From an uncultured Actinomycetota bacterium (GTDB lineage: Bacteria; Actinomycetota; Actinomycetes; S36-B12; UBA10799), in assembly GCA_963818505.1 (NCBI GenBank), contig CAWFSJ010000001.1, positions 155,096 through 219,095 of the forward strand: DNA of 64,000 nt. Direction: 5' to 3'. Each line of letters starts with the position of its first letter. The first letter of the stretch is position 1. Of the stretch, positions 18,645 to 26,035 are shown piece after piece. The notes below the pieces were generated by a model that did not search any database, had not been told where the DNA came from, and saw only the letters and a list, made by a program, of their open reading frames with translations. A program made the translations under genes and the position numbers.

Positions 18645-18721
18645 TGGTGCCCTCGGTGGGATTCGAACCCACACTGTCAGGATTTTGAGACCTGTGACTC
18701 TGCCAGTTGGTCTACGAGGGC
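18645..18721 (-). tRNA. tRNA gene with class I architecture and hand-folded anticodon CAA (atypical; isotype uncertain)
   Basis: Minus strand: GCCCTCGTAGACCAACTGGCAGAGTCACAGGTCTCAAAATCCTGACAGTGTGGGTTCGAATCCCACCGAGGGCACCA. The acceptor stem is 7 bp (GCCCTCG/CGAGGGC). The T arm is GTGGG-TTCGAAT-CCCAC. Discriminator is A and CCA is encoded. The D loop is AACTGGCAG. The anticodon arm is CAGGT-CTCAAAA-TCCTG, closed by a U-U mismatch. The variable loop is 5 nt. TAACAT lies 10-15 nt upstream of the 5' end. Confidence 0.75.
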
Positions 18722-18792
18722 GTGTGTCCTATGTTAGCGGCGCTGCGTAGGCTGATCGTCGCAGGATCGAAGCAAACCGCACGGAGGTGGAG

Positions 18793-19362
18793 ATGCAAGG
18801 GCCGCGCACCGTTCTGGTGGCTGAGGACGAGGCCCTGATCCGGATGGATCTGGTCGAGACGCTTGCTGAGATTGGCCTGGATGTCGTGGGTGCCGTGGGG
18901 GATGGGCGCTCCGCGGTCGAACTCGCTACCACGCTGCGTCCGGACCTGGCCCTGCTGGACATCAAGATGCCCGACATGGATGGCCTGGCCGCCGCCTCGC
19001 AGATCATCGAACTGCGATCGACCGCGGTGGTCATGCTGACGGCCTTCAGCCAGCCCGAGTTGATCCAGCGGGCCGTCGCCGCCGGGGCGATGGGGTACCT
19101 GGTCAAACCCTTCAAACCCGAGGAGCTGCGCGCCGCTCTGACTGTGGCGTGGCAGCGCTATTCGCAGTTGCGCGAGGAGCAGCAGAAGACCCGCGAGCTC
19201 GAGCAGACTCTGGCTGATCGCAAGACGATCGAACGGGCCCGCGGTGTGGTGCAGGAGCGCCTGGGGCTCACCGAGAACGAGGCGTTCACCTGGTTGCGCA
19301 AGGCTGCCATGGACCAGCGGGTCAGCCTGGCTGAGGTGGCCAGGCGCACCCTTGAGGTCTGA
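18793..19362 (+). CDS. pdtaR: ANTAR-domain response regulator (PdtaR-like RNA-binding antiterminator)
   Basis: The receiver domain (VLVAEDEALIRMDL...LLDIKMPDMDG...LTAF) is followed by an ANTAR domain (LADRKTIERARGVVQERLGLTENEAFTWLRKAAMDQRVSLAEVARRTL). GGAGG at 18783-18787 favours the ATG at 18793. Confidence 0.88.
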   Translation: MQGPRTVLVAEDEALIRMDLVETLAEIGLDVVGAVGDGRSAVELATTLRPDLALLDIKMPDMDGLAAASQIIELRSTAVVMLTAFSQPELIQRAVAAGAMGYLVKPFKPEELRAALTVAWQRYSQLREEQQKTRELEQTLADRKTIERARGVVQERLGLTENEAFTWLRKAAMDQRVSLAEVARRTLEV

Positions 19363-19504
19363 GTACCTGCAGACCGAACACCAGAAGTCCGCATCACAGA
19401 AGTGCAACATGTGTCGGGCGGTGTTTGTGCCTGGTTCATTTATCCGTAGAGTAAGCGCAATCGGTGCGACAGTCGTGCCGGCAAAACTCACAAAAGGGGT
19501 AAGA

Positions 19505-20791
19505 ATGACCCGACCGTTGATTCTGCGGTCGCTTGTGGTTGTAGGGGCCGCGAGCCTGGCGCTGGCTGGGTGTAGCAGCGATTCCGGTTCCTCCGACACT
19601 TCCGCAAGCCCGTCCGCAGACACCTCCGCCGCCGCTGGCGACGGGACCTTGAAGATCGGCACCTTGTTGCCGCAGACCGGCTCTCTGGCGTTCCTCGGGC
19701 CGCCCGAGTTCGCAGCAGTCGACCTCGCAGTCCAGGAGATCAACGACGCCGGTGGCGTCAACGGCGCACCGGTCGAGAGCGTTGTCGGTGACTCCGGTGA
19801 CACCTCGACCAACATCGCCTCGCAGACCGTCGACCGCCAGCTGTCGCAGGGAGTGGACGCCATCATCGGTGCCGCTTCCAGTTCCGTCTCGCTGACCGTG
19901 ATCGACAAGATCACCAGCGCCGGTGTGCAGCAGGTCTCTCCGGCCAACACCTCGCCGGAACTGTCGACCTACCCGGACAAGGGCCTCTACGCCCGTACCG
20001 CGCCGCCGGACACGTTCCAGGGCCAGGTCCTTGGTGACCTGGTAGCTGGCGACGGTCACACCAGCGCCGCGATCCTCGCCCTTGACGATGCCTACGGCAC
20101 CGGCTTGGCCGACAACGTGGAGAAGGCGTACACCGCCGCGGGCGGCACCATCGCCTCCAAGCAGATCTACGACCCCAAGGCTGCCTCCTACGAGGCTGAG
20201 GTGTCCGAGGCCAAGGCTTCGAACCCCGAAGCTGTGGTGCTGATCGGTTTCGACGAGTCCAGCAAGATCATCCAGGAGATGATCAAGCAGGGCATCGGCC
20301 CGAACAAGGTCCCGCTGTACCTGGTGGACGGCAACCTGTCCAACACCCTGTACACCGACCTGCCGAAGGGCTCCATGGAGGGCACGCAGGGCACCCTGCC
20401 CGGCGCCGAGGCCAGCCAGGAGTTCCAGAACAAACTCAAGGAGATCAACCCCGACCTTGAGGACTTCTCCTACGCACCTGAGGCCTATGATGCGACGGTC
20501 ATCATCGCGCTGGCCGCAGAGTACGCGGACAACGACAGCGGTCGCGCCATCGGCGACACCATCAAGCAGGTCACTGCCGATGGTGACAAGTGCACCACCT
20601 TCGCCGACTGCAAGAAGTTGATCGATGACGGCAAGGACCCCGACTACGACGGTCAGTCCGGTCCCATCGACCTCAACGACGTGGGTGACCCGAGCAAGGC
20701 GATCATGGGCATCTACACCTACGGTGCCGACAACACCTACACCCGTACTGGCTCCCAGGAGGGTGACGTTCCGGACGCCTCACAGGGCTGA
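19505..20791 (+). CDS. ABC transporter substrate-binding lipoprotein, branched-chain amino acid (LivK/BraC, type I PBP) family
   Basis: MTRPLILRSLVVVGAASLALAGCSS has a signal peptide and lipobox. LKIGTLLPQTGSLAFLGPPEFAAVDLAVQEINDAGGVNG is the typical N-terminal block of the family. An AAAAGGGG Shine-Dalgarno sequence precedes the ATG at 19505. The ORF-track start at 19244 lies inside pdtaR. Confidence 0.85.
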   Translation: MTRPLILRSLVVVGAASLALAGCSSDSGSSDTSASPSADTSAAAGDGTLKIGTLLPQTGSLAFLGPPEFAAVDLAVQEINDAGGVNGAPVESVVGDSGDTSTNIASQTVDRQLSQGVDAIIGAASSSVSLTVIDKITSAGVQQVSPANTSPELSTYPDKGLYARTAPPDTFQGQVLGDLVAGDGHTSAAILALDDAYGTGLADNVEKAYTAAGGTIASKQIYDPKAASYEAEVSEAKASNPEAVVLIGFDESSKIIQEMIKQGIGPNKVPLYLVDGNLSNTLYTDLPKGSMEGTQGTLPGAEASQEFQNKLKEINPDLEDFSYAPEAYDATVIIALAAEYADNDSGRAIGDTIKQVTADGDKCTTFADCKKLIDDGKDPDYDGQSGPIDLNDVGDPSKAIMGIYTYGADNTYTRTGSQEGDVPDASQG

Positions 20792-20805
20792 TCCGACAAC
20801 GCCGC

Positions 20806-20847
20806 ACCGGCGCCCGTTCCCGAAAGGGGCGGGCGCCGGTCGCGTTT
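20806..20847 (+). terminator. Intrinsic terminator after the substrate-binding protein gene
   Basis: ACCGGCGCCCG (20806-20816) pairs with CGGGCGCCGGT (20830-20840). The inner CCC-GAAA-GGG forms a GNRA tetraloop. It is followed by CGCGTTTGG. Confidence 0.6.
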
Positions 20848-20868
20848 GGGGGAGCCCCGGGGCCGTTG

Positions 20869-20936
20869 GTTAGAGGTTGTGCTGTTGGTTAGCAAAACAA
20901 CGCGTGGATTCGCTAACCAACAGCACAACCTCTAAC
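20869..20936. repeat. 25-bp perfect inverted repeat with an 18-nt spacer, AT-rich relative to its surroundings
   Basis: GTTAGAGGTTGTGCTGTTGGTTAGC (20869-20893), then aaaacaacgcgtggattc, then GCTAACCAACAGCACAACCTCTAAC (20912-20936). It lies between the convergent 3' ends of the binding-protein gene and livF. Confidence 0.9.
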
Positions 20937-20957
20937 GCGGGCAGGTGGGCCCCCGCG

Positions 20958-21731
20958 TTACGCCTTGGCCAGCGTGCCCAGGTAGAGCTCGACCACCTTC
21001 GGGTCGTTGGCCAAGGCCCGGCCCGTGCCTGTGTAGGCGTTGCGGCCCTGGTCCAACACGTAGGCCCGGTCACAGATCTGCAGGCAGCGTCGCGCGTTCT
21101 GCTCGACCATGATCACAGTGACGCCGGTCTTGTTGATTGTCTTCACTCGCACGAAGGCCTCGTCGGTGAAGGCGGGGGAGAGGCCGGCGGACGGCTCGTC
21201 GAGCAGCAGGACCTTGGGTTCCATCATCAACGCCCGGGCCATCGCCACCATCTGGCGCTCGCCACCGGACAACGAACCCGCACGCTGCTTGCGACGCTCA
21301 GCGAGGGCGGGGAACAGCCCGGCGACCTCGTCGAAACGATGCTGGAAGGACTTGGGGTCCTGGTAGGCCCCCATCTGCAGGTTCTCCTCGATAGTCAACG
21401 ACGGGAAGACGTTGTTGTTCTGCGGGACGAAACCGATGCCCATTCCGACGAGGCGGTCGGCGCGTTGGTTGGTGATGTCCTTGTCGTCGAAGCTCACCTT
21501 GCCGCTGCGGACCTTGACCAGGCCGAACAGGGACTTCAACAAGGTCGACTTGCCAGCTCCGTTGGGACCGATGATCCCCACCAGTTCCCCGGATTGGGCA
21601 TATAGGTCGCAGCCGTTGAGGATGTTCACCCCGGGGAAGTATCCGGCGATGACCTCATCGATGCGCACGAGCGCGCCTTGCGCACCGGCGAGGTGTTCCT
21701 CGCGGCCTTGAATCGTGGTGCCGGTCATCAC
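20958..21731 (-). CDS. livF: Branched-chain amino acid ABC transporter ATP-binding protein (LivF type)
   Basis: Walker A GPNGAGKSTLLK, signature LSGGERQM, Walker B LLLDEPS, and a LivF-type block VPQNNNVFPSLTIEENLQMGAY. Confidence 0.85.
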   Translation of the reverse strand: MMTGTTIQGREEHLAGAQGALVRIDEVIAGYFPGVNILNGCDLYAQSGELVGIIGPNGAGKSTLLKSLFGLVKVRSGKVSFDDKDITNQRADRLVGMGIGFVPQNNNVFPSLTIEENLQMGAYQDPKSFQHRFDEVAGLFPALAERRKQRAGSLSGGERQMVAMARALMMEPKVLLLDEPSAGLSPAFTDEAFVRVKTINKTGVTVIMVEQNARRCLQICDRAYVLDQGRNAYTGTGRALANDPKVVELYLGTLAKA

Positions 21732-22612
21732 GCCTCCTCCGGGTGGGCTGTCAACGCCTCGCCGGAATCGGTGAGAGGTTTGTCGTGGTGGGTTCCCAGG
21801 TACGCGTCGATGACCGCATCGTCATTCATCACGTCGTGCGGTGGGCCTTCGGCGATGACCTTGCCCTGGCTCATCACGATCACCCAGTCACTGATGTCGC
21901 GGACCATGTCCATGTCATGCTCGACGAACAACACCGTGGTGCCGCGATCACGCACCTGACGGATGTGGTCCAAGAGGCTCTGTGTCAAGGCCGGGTTCAC
22001 CCCAGCCATCGGCTCGTCCAGCATGACCATGTCCGGTTCCACCATCAGCGCCCGGGCCATCTCGAGCAGTTTGCGTTGGCCGCCGGACAGCGATCCAGCG
22101 AGGTCGTCCTGCTTCTCGGCGAGGTTGAAGCTCTCCAGCAGACGCAGGGCTCGTTCGGAGATCTCCGACTCCTGCCCACGCCAAAGGAAGGGGAACACCG
22201 AGACGAGCAGCTTCTCGCCCCGCTGGTGTTGGGCACCCAGGCGCATGTTCTCCATGACGGTCAGCCGGGAGAGTGCCTTGGTCAGCTGGAACGTGCGGAC
22301 CATGCCGAGCTTCGCGACCTTGTGGGGTCGAACGCCGGCCAACTGGTGTCCTTCGAAGGTCCACTTGCCCTCATTGGGCCGGTCGAATCCCGTCAGCAGG
22401 TTGAAGAACGTGGTCTTGCCCGCACCGTTCGGACCGATCAGCGCGGTGATGGTTCCGCGCTGGACCTCTGCGTGCTCGACGTCAACAGCTGTGAGTCCGC
22501 CGAACTGCCGCCGGACGCCGTCGGCAATGAGGATTGGGTCAGGTTTGGCCACCCCTGGCTCGTGCGGGACGTCCTTGAGGGCTTCGATGAGGTGCCTGAG
22601 GTCATCTGGCAT
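21728..22612 (-). CDS. livG: Branched-chain amino acid ABC transporter ATP-binding protein (LivG type)
   Basis: GPNGAGKTTFFNLLTG, LSGGQRKLLEMARAL and VMLDEPMAGVNP. The C-terminal extension is typical of LivG. Confidence 0.85.
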   Translation of the reverse strand: MPDDLRHLIEALKDVPHEPGVAKPDPILIADGVRRQFGGLTAVDVEHAEVQRGTITALIGPNGAGKTTFFNLLTGFDRPNEGKWTFEGHQLAGVRPHKVAKLGMVRTFQLTKALSRLTVMENMRLGAQHQRGEKLLVSVFPFLWRGQESEISERALRLLESFNLAEKQDDLAGSLSGGQRKLLEMARALMVEPDMVMLDEPMAGVNPALTQSLLDHIRQVRDRGTTVLFVEHDMDMVRDISDWVIVMSQGKVIAEGPPHDVMNDDAVIDAYLGTHHDKPLTDSGEALTAHPEEA

Positions 22613-23585
22613 CGAGGCTCAACTCCTTCTTGTCGCCGAGGATCCCCTGCGGTCGGTAGATCATCAAGAGCATGAGACTCAAACCGAGGATCCAGTAACG
22701 GATCTGTCCGACCTGGTCGCTGCGGATGAAGTCGATCGTCCCGCTGGAGACCAGTCCGGACAGGGCCCCGTCGATGAAGACCAGCATGAACCAGAAGACC
22801 ACCGACCCCACGATCGGGCCCAGAACTCGGGCAGCCCCGCCCAGGATGAGCACCGCGTATGCGAAGAACGTGAGGTCGGTGCTGTAGTAGTCCGGCTGGA
22901 TCGACTGGAACGCGATGGCTGCGATGAAACCGCCGAAGCAGCCCATGACACCACCGATGACCAGCGCCTGCAGTTTGTAGGCGTAGACGCTTTTACCCAG
23001 CGAACGAACCGCGTCCTCATCCTCGCGGATCGCCTTGATCACGCGGCCCCAAGGGGAGCGCATCAGCAAGAAGACCAGTAGGGACAGGATGACGACGAGG
23101 ATCCAGCCGATCGTGACGACCCACATGTCGTTCTCGCTGAAGCTCGCCGGGCCCAGGTTCACCTCGCCCGAGTACGGGTTGTACTTGAAGAAGTCGTCGG
23201 CGAAGCGGTTGATTCCGTCAGAACCGCCGAAGATCGGGTCGAAGGACACCGATCTGAACACCAGCCGCAGGATCTCGGCTGCGGCAATGGTGACGATTGC
23301 CAAGTAGTCGGCGCGCAGGCGCAGCGTCGGGATACCGAGCAGCAGCGCCAGCAGGATCGCGGCGAGGATACCGACGAGCAGGCCGACCCACAGACTCCAG
23401 CCGGCGTAGGCGATGGACACTCCCAGCCCGTACGCGGCGACCGCGAGGAAGGCCGATTGGCCGAAGTTCAGAAGGCCGGTGTAACCGAACTGGACGTTCA
23501 GCCCGATGGCCGCCAACGCGAAGATGACTGCCTGGATGCCAATGCCCTGAGTGAGGGCCTGGCTGAAGACGTTGCCCCAATCCAT
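22602..23585 (-). CDS. livM: Branched-chain amino acid ABC transporter permease (LivM type)
   Basis: The start is taken at MDWGNVFSQALTQGIGIQAVIFALAAIGLNVQFGYTGLLNFGQ (ATG at 23585), preceded by GAGAGAGTGGGA. The 134 aa upstream in ORF 22602-23990 overlap livH and are Arg/Gly-rich nonsense. Confidence 0.85.
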   Translation of the reverse strand: MDWGNVFSQALTQGIGIQAVIFALAAIGLNVQFGYTGLLNFGQSAFLAVAAYGLGVSIAYAGWSLWVGLLVGILAAILLALLLGIPTLRLRADYLAIVTIAAAEILRLVFRSVSFDPIFGGSDGINRFADDFFKYNPYSGEVNLGPASFSENDMWVVTIGWILVVILSLLVFLLMRSPWGRVIKAIREDEDAVRSLGKSVYAYKLQALVIGGVMGCFGGFIAAIAFQSIQPDYYSTDLTFFAYAVLILGGAARVLGPIVGSVVFWFMLVFIDGALSGLVSSGTIDFIRSDQVGQIRYWILGLSLMLLMIYRPQGILGDKKELSLDAR

Positions 23586-23587
23586 GA

Positions 23588-24847
23588 CTATCCCACTCTC
23601 TCGCTGCGGCCGAGGATGCCTTGCGGTCTGATCATCAGGATCACGATCAAGACCGCGAGTGCGCCGACGTTCTTGAGCTCCGAGGGGATGAACAACGTCG
23701 ACAACTGGATCATGGTGCCCACGATGATGGATCCGACGATGGCGCCCACTGCGGTACCGAGGCCACCGAGCGTGACACCGGCGAATATCAATAGGAGCAG
23801 CTGGAAGCCGGCGATCCAGTTGACCCCCAGGGACATGCTGTAGATGACCCCGGCCAGCGCTGCCAGCGCCGCGCCAGCCATCCAGATCACCGAGATGACC
23901 CGGTTGACGTCGATGCCGGACGCCGAGGCCAGAGCCGGGTTGTCCGCGATGGCTCGCGACGCCTTGCCGACGCGGGTCAGTTTCAGCCACAGGACCGTGC
24001 CGATGAGCACCACGATGGCGACCAGTGCTCCCACCAGCGCCTTGGGCGTGATGTCCACGGGACCGAAGACCAGACCGGCCTGACCGCTGTACGAGGCGAA
24101 CTGGCGGGTGTTACCACCGAAGATGAACAGGTAGACGTAGCGCAGGAAGATGCCCAGACCGATCGACACGACCAGCATGGCGATCAGGCCAGTGCCGCGT
24201 TTACGCAGCCAGCGCCAGAAGAATCGGTCCTGCAGGTAGCCGAACAGGCCGCCCGCCACGACCGCACCTGCGGCAGCGATCACGAAGGGCAGCCCCAACA
24301 AGTTGTTGAAGAAGTAGGCCATGAGCCCGCCGAACGTGACCAGCTCACCGTGGGAGAAGTTCGTCAGTCCTGTGGTCCCGAAGATGAGGCTGAGCCCGAC
24401 TGCCGCCAGTGCGATCGTCAGACCGAAGATCAGACCGTCCACGGTCAACTGGATCGCGCGGTCCAGCGTTGACTCGCTGGCTGTGCGCGCCTCCCCGGTC
24501 GGGAAGAGCACTGACTTGGTCTGACCTGGCCCCACGACAACCTGGGTGCTGACCCGGTCCGGGTTGGTCAAGGTGACACCGGCTGGCAAGGTCGCTGTGT
24601 CAAGGGTGACCGTGTAAGTGCCTGCACCGGGCAGTTTCACCCGCCATTTGCCCTCATCGTCGGTGATCGCGTTCTCCTGAAAACCCTCTTCGTCGGAGAC
24701 GTTCACCGTCACATCGGGCACCCCGGTCTCGGCCGTCTTGATCACCCCGCCGATGGTTTCGCCTGCCGCAGAAGCGGCCGTGGCTCCTCCAACGAAGGCC
24801 CACAGGGCCAGGGCGACCGCGCTGATAGTCAGCAGCAGTCGTCGCAC
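23588..24847 (-). CDS. livH: Branched-chain amino acid ABC transporter permease (LivH type) with an N-terminal signal peptide and an extracytoplasmic extension of about 130 aa
   Basis: The permease core starts at LDRAIQLTVDGLIFGLTIALAAVGLSLIFGTTGLTNFSHGE. It is preceded by VRRLLLTISAVALALWAFVGGATAASA (signal-like) and GGVIKTAETGVPDVTVNVSDEEGFQENAITDDEGKWRVKLPGAGTYTVTLD (CarboxypepD_reg-like). The start is uncertain: GTG at 24847 follows GGAAGTAGAGG, with alternatives at 24889 and 24913. Confidence 0.8.
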   Translation of the reverse strand: MRRLLLTISAVALALWAFVGGATAASAAGETIGGVIKTAETGVPDVTVNVSDEEGFQENAITDDEGKWRVKLPGAGTYTVTLDTATLPAGVTLTNPDRVSTQVVVGPGQTKSVLFPTGEARTASESTLDRAIQLTVDGLIFGLTIALAAVGLSLIFGTTGLTNFSHGELVTFGGLMAYFFNNLLGLPFVIAAAGAVVAGGLFGYLQDRFFWRWLRKRGTGLIAMLVVSIGLGIFLRYVYLFIFGGNTRQFASYSGQAGLVFGPVDITPKALVGALVAIVVLIGTVLWLKLTRVGKASRAIADNPALASASGIDVNRVISVIWMAGAALAALAGVIYSMSLGVNWIAGFQLLLLIFAGVTLGGLGTAVGAIVGSIIVGTMIQLSTLFIPSELKNVGALAVLIVILMIRPQGILGRSERVG

Positions 24848-25015
24848 GTGCACACCTCTACTTCCATCGTCGTGGGCCGTTGTGGCCATCCCACAGTCAA
24901 GCGCAGAACCCACGAAGCCTGCTACATGCTAGGCGGTGTGTCCTGGGATGTCGATCACCACCTGTCGCGCGCAATCAAACCGTGTCGCTACCCTTGATAG
25001 GGACTTGGAGCATAT

Positions 25016-25582
25016 ATGGACATCGCGGTCGCAGATGTGACCATGGATCAACTCGAGCAACTGGCACCGCTGTGGGAACAGGCTTGGCGTTCTTCAGGGC
25101 GACGTCGCACCGGCGTGCCGCTGGCGCTTTCAATGGACCGCCTGCGCCGTCGCGTGGAGCTTGCGGCAGGAGGCGGCTACAGGTTCCTCGCCGCCTGGGA
25201 CGGCGACTCACCGGTTGGGATCGCGACCGTCTCACTGACCGACGGTGGGCCGATGATGGACGCCCCTGGTGTCCATGTGCACGTTCTGCACGTCGCTCAG
25301 GAGCACCGCAATCGCAGGGTAGGCACGGCATTGCTCGCAGCAGTCACGGACTGGGCGGCGCAGCTGGGATCCGATCAGGTTGTCGTAGATGTCCCACCGG
25401 CGTCGCGCGACGTGATGCGGTGGTACGCCAAGTGGGGGTTCGGCCCTTACCTGAACCGTCGTGTTGCTACCACGGCCACCATCCGCCGCAAGATGGGCGG
25501 CCGTCCGCCCTTGCGTCTCGCACTGGCCGGCAACGGGCGGGCTCTGTCGGTCAGCGGACTGCGTCGCGCAGCAGGCAGGTAA
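25016..25582 (+). CDS. GNAT family N-acetyltransferase
   Basis: VHVLHVAQEHRNRRVGTALLAAVTDWAAQLG is the acetyl-CoA binding motif A (R/Q-x-x-G-x-A); 188 aa. Confidence 0.75.
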   Translation: MDIAVADVTMDQLEQLAPLWEQAWRSSGRRRTGVPLALSMDRLRRRVELAAGGGYRFLAAWDGDSPVGIATVSLTDGGPMMDAPGVHVHVLHVAQEHRNRRVGTALLAAVTDWAAQLGSDQVVVDVPPASRDVMRWYAKWGFGPYLNRRVATTATIRRKMGGRPPLRLALAGNGRALSVSGLRRAAGR

Positions 25583-25958
25583 GCCGGCCGGTGGCAATGC
25601 GCCGGCCCTCGTCGTCCTCGACCGGAACCACGTAGGAGATCAGCGTGCGCCCGGCGTGGACCAGTTCGGTGCGCGCAGTCACGAAGCCAGCCGAAGCTGA
25701 ACGGTGATGTGTGACGCTCAGTTCGATCCCCACGGGGAATCTCCCGGGGTTGGCCAGGGCGGACGCGACCGACCCGATGGACTCGATGAGTACCGCGGTG
25801 GCCCCGCCATGCAGAATCCCGTAGGGCTGGGTGTTGCCGACTACCGGCATGCGGCCCACGACCTCCGTGCCGTCGCGTGACACCTCGATCCCCATCTTGT
25901 CCGCGAGGGCGCCCATCCCCATTTGCTGAAAGTCGTCGGGCCAATCCGTGTCCGTCAC
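25551..25958 (-). CDS. PaaI-family hotdog-fold thioesterase
   Basis: LADKMGIEV...GRMPVVGNTQPYGILHGGATAVLIESIGSVAS is the typical PaaI/4HBT block. The GTG at 25958 (VTDTDWPDDFQQMG) is preferred. The upstream part of ORF 25551-26105 overlaps the polA 5' region. Confidence 0.75.
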   Translation of the reverse strand: MTDTDWPDDFQQMGMGALADKMGIEVSRDGTEVVGRMPVVGNTQPYGILHGGATAVLIESIGSVASALANPGRFPVGIELSVTHHRSASAGFVTARTELVHAGRTLISYVVPVEDDEGRRIATGRLTCLLRDAVR

Positions 25959-26035
25959 ACAAGCACGGTAATCGCCGGCAGGTGAGTGGACAGCAACCCG
26001 GGTCGCTTCATACCCACGGCCTAGACTCGACACCG

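Noticed and set aside
18645-18721. Idea that the odd tRNA (possible enlarged anticodon loop) suppresses the +1 frameshifts in pilC, pilA and the AftD-like gene
   Set aside because: The shift sites (ACA-CCC-C, CGC-GGG, GCC-GGG-A/AGC-C, TAC-CCC) contain no UUG or UUGN codon that a CAA-type anticodon could read. The simplest fold has a normal 7-nt loop. Nothing in the sequence links the two observations.
18620-18800. tRNA-associated integrative element or prophage junction
   Set aside because: There is no integrase, no repeat of the tRNA 3' half and no phage-like gene on either side. The flanks are conserved housekeeping genes.
19363-19504. ANTAR-target dual hairpin in the leader of the binding-protein gene
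   Set aside because: I found only short, unconvincing stems: GGTCTG/CAGACC at the pdtaR stop, and CGCA/TGCG with a 5-nt loop. Neither has the paired hexaloops with A1/G4. It is not called and is left as a test in the findings.
20869-20936. The 25-bp inverted repeat as an integron attC site, a dif site or a MITE
   Set aside because: - attC sites are imperfect, with extrahelical bases and RYYYAAC...GTTRRRY ends in the opposite order.
- The sequence does not resemble the actinobacterial dif sites I recall.
- There is no target-site duplication, no second copy in the window and no integrase or transposase nearby.
- It is kept as an unexplained repeat rather than assigned to any of these classes.
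25877-26035. Upstream extension of polA (53 extra codons in the ORF track)
   Set aside because: The extension is Arg/Pro/Ser-rich and overlaps the divergent thioesterase gene. The conserved 5'-nuclease N-terminus begins at the ATG at 26036.
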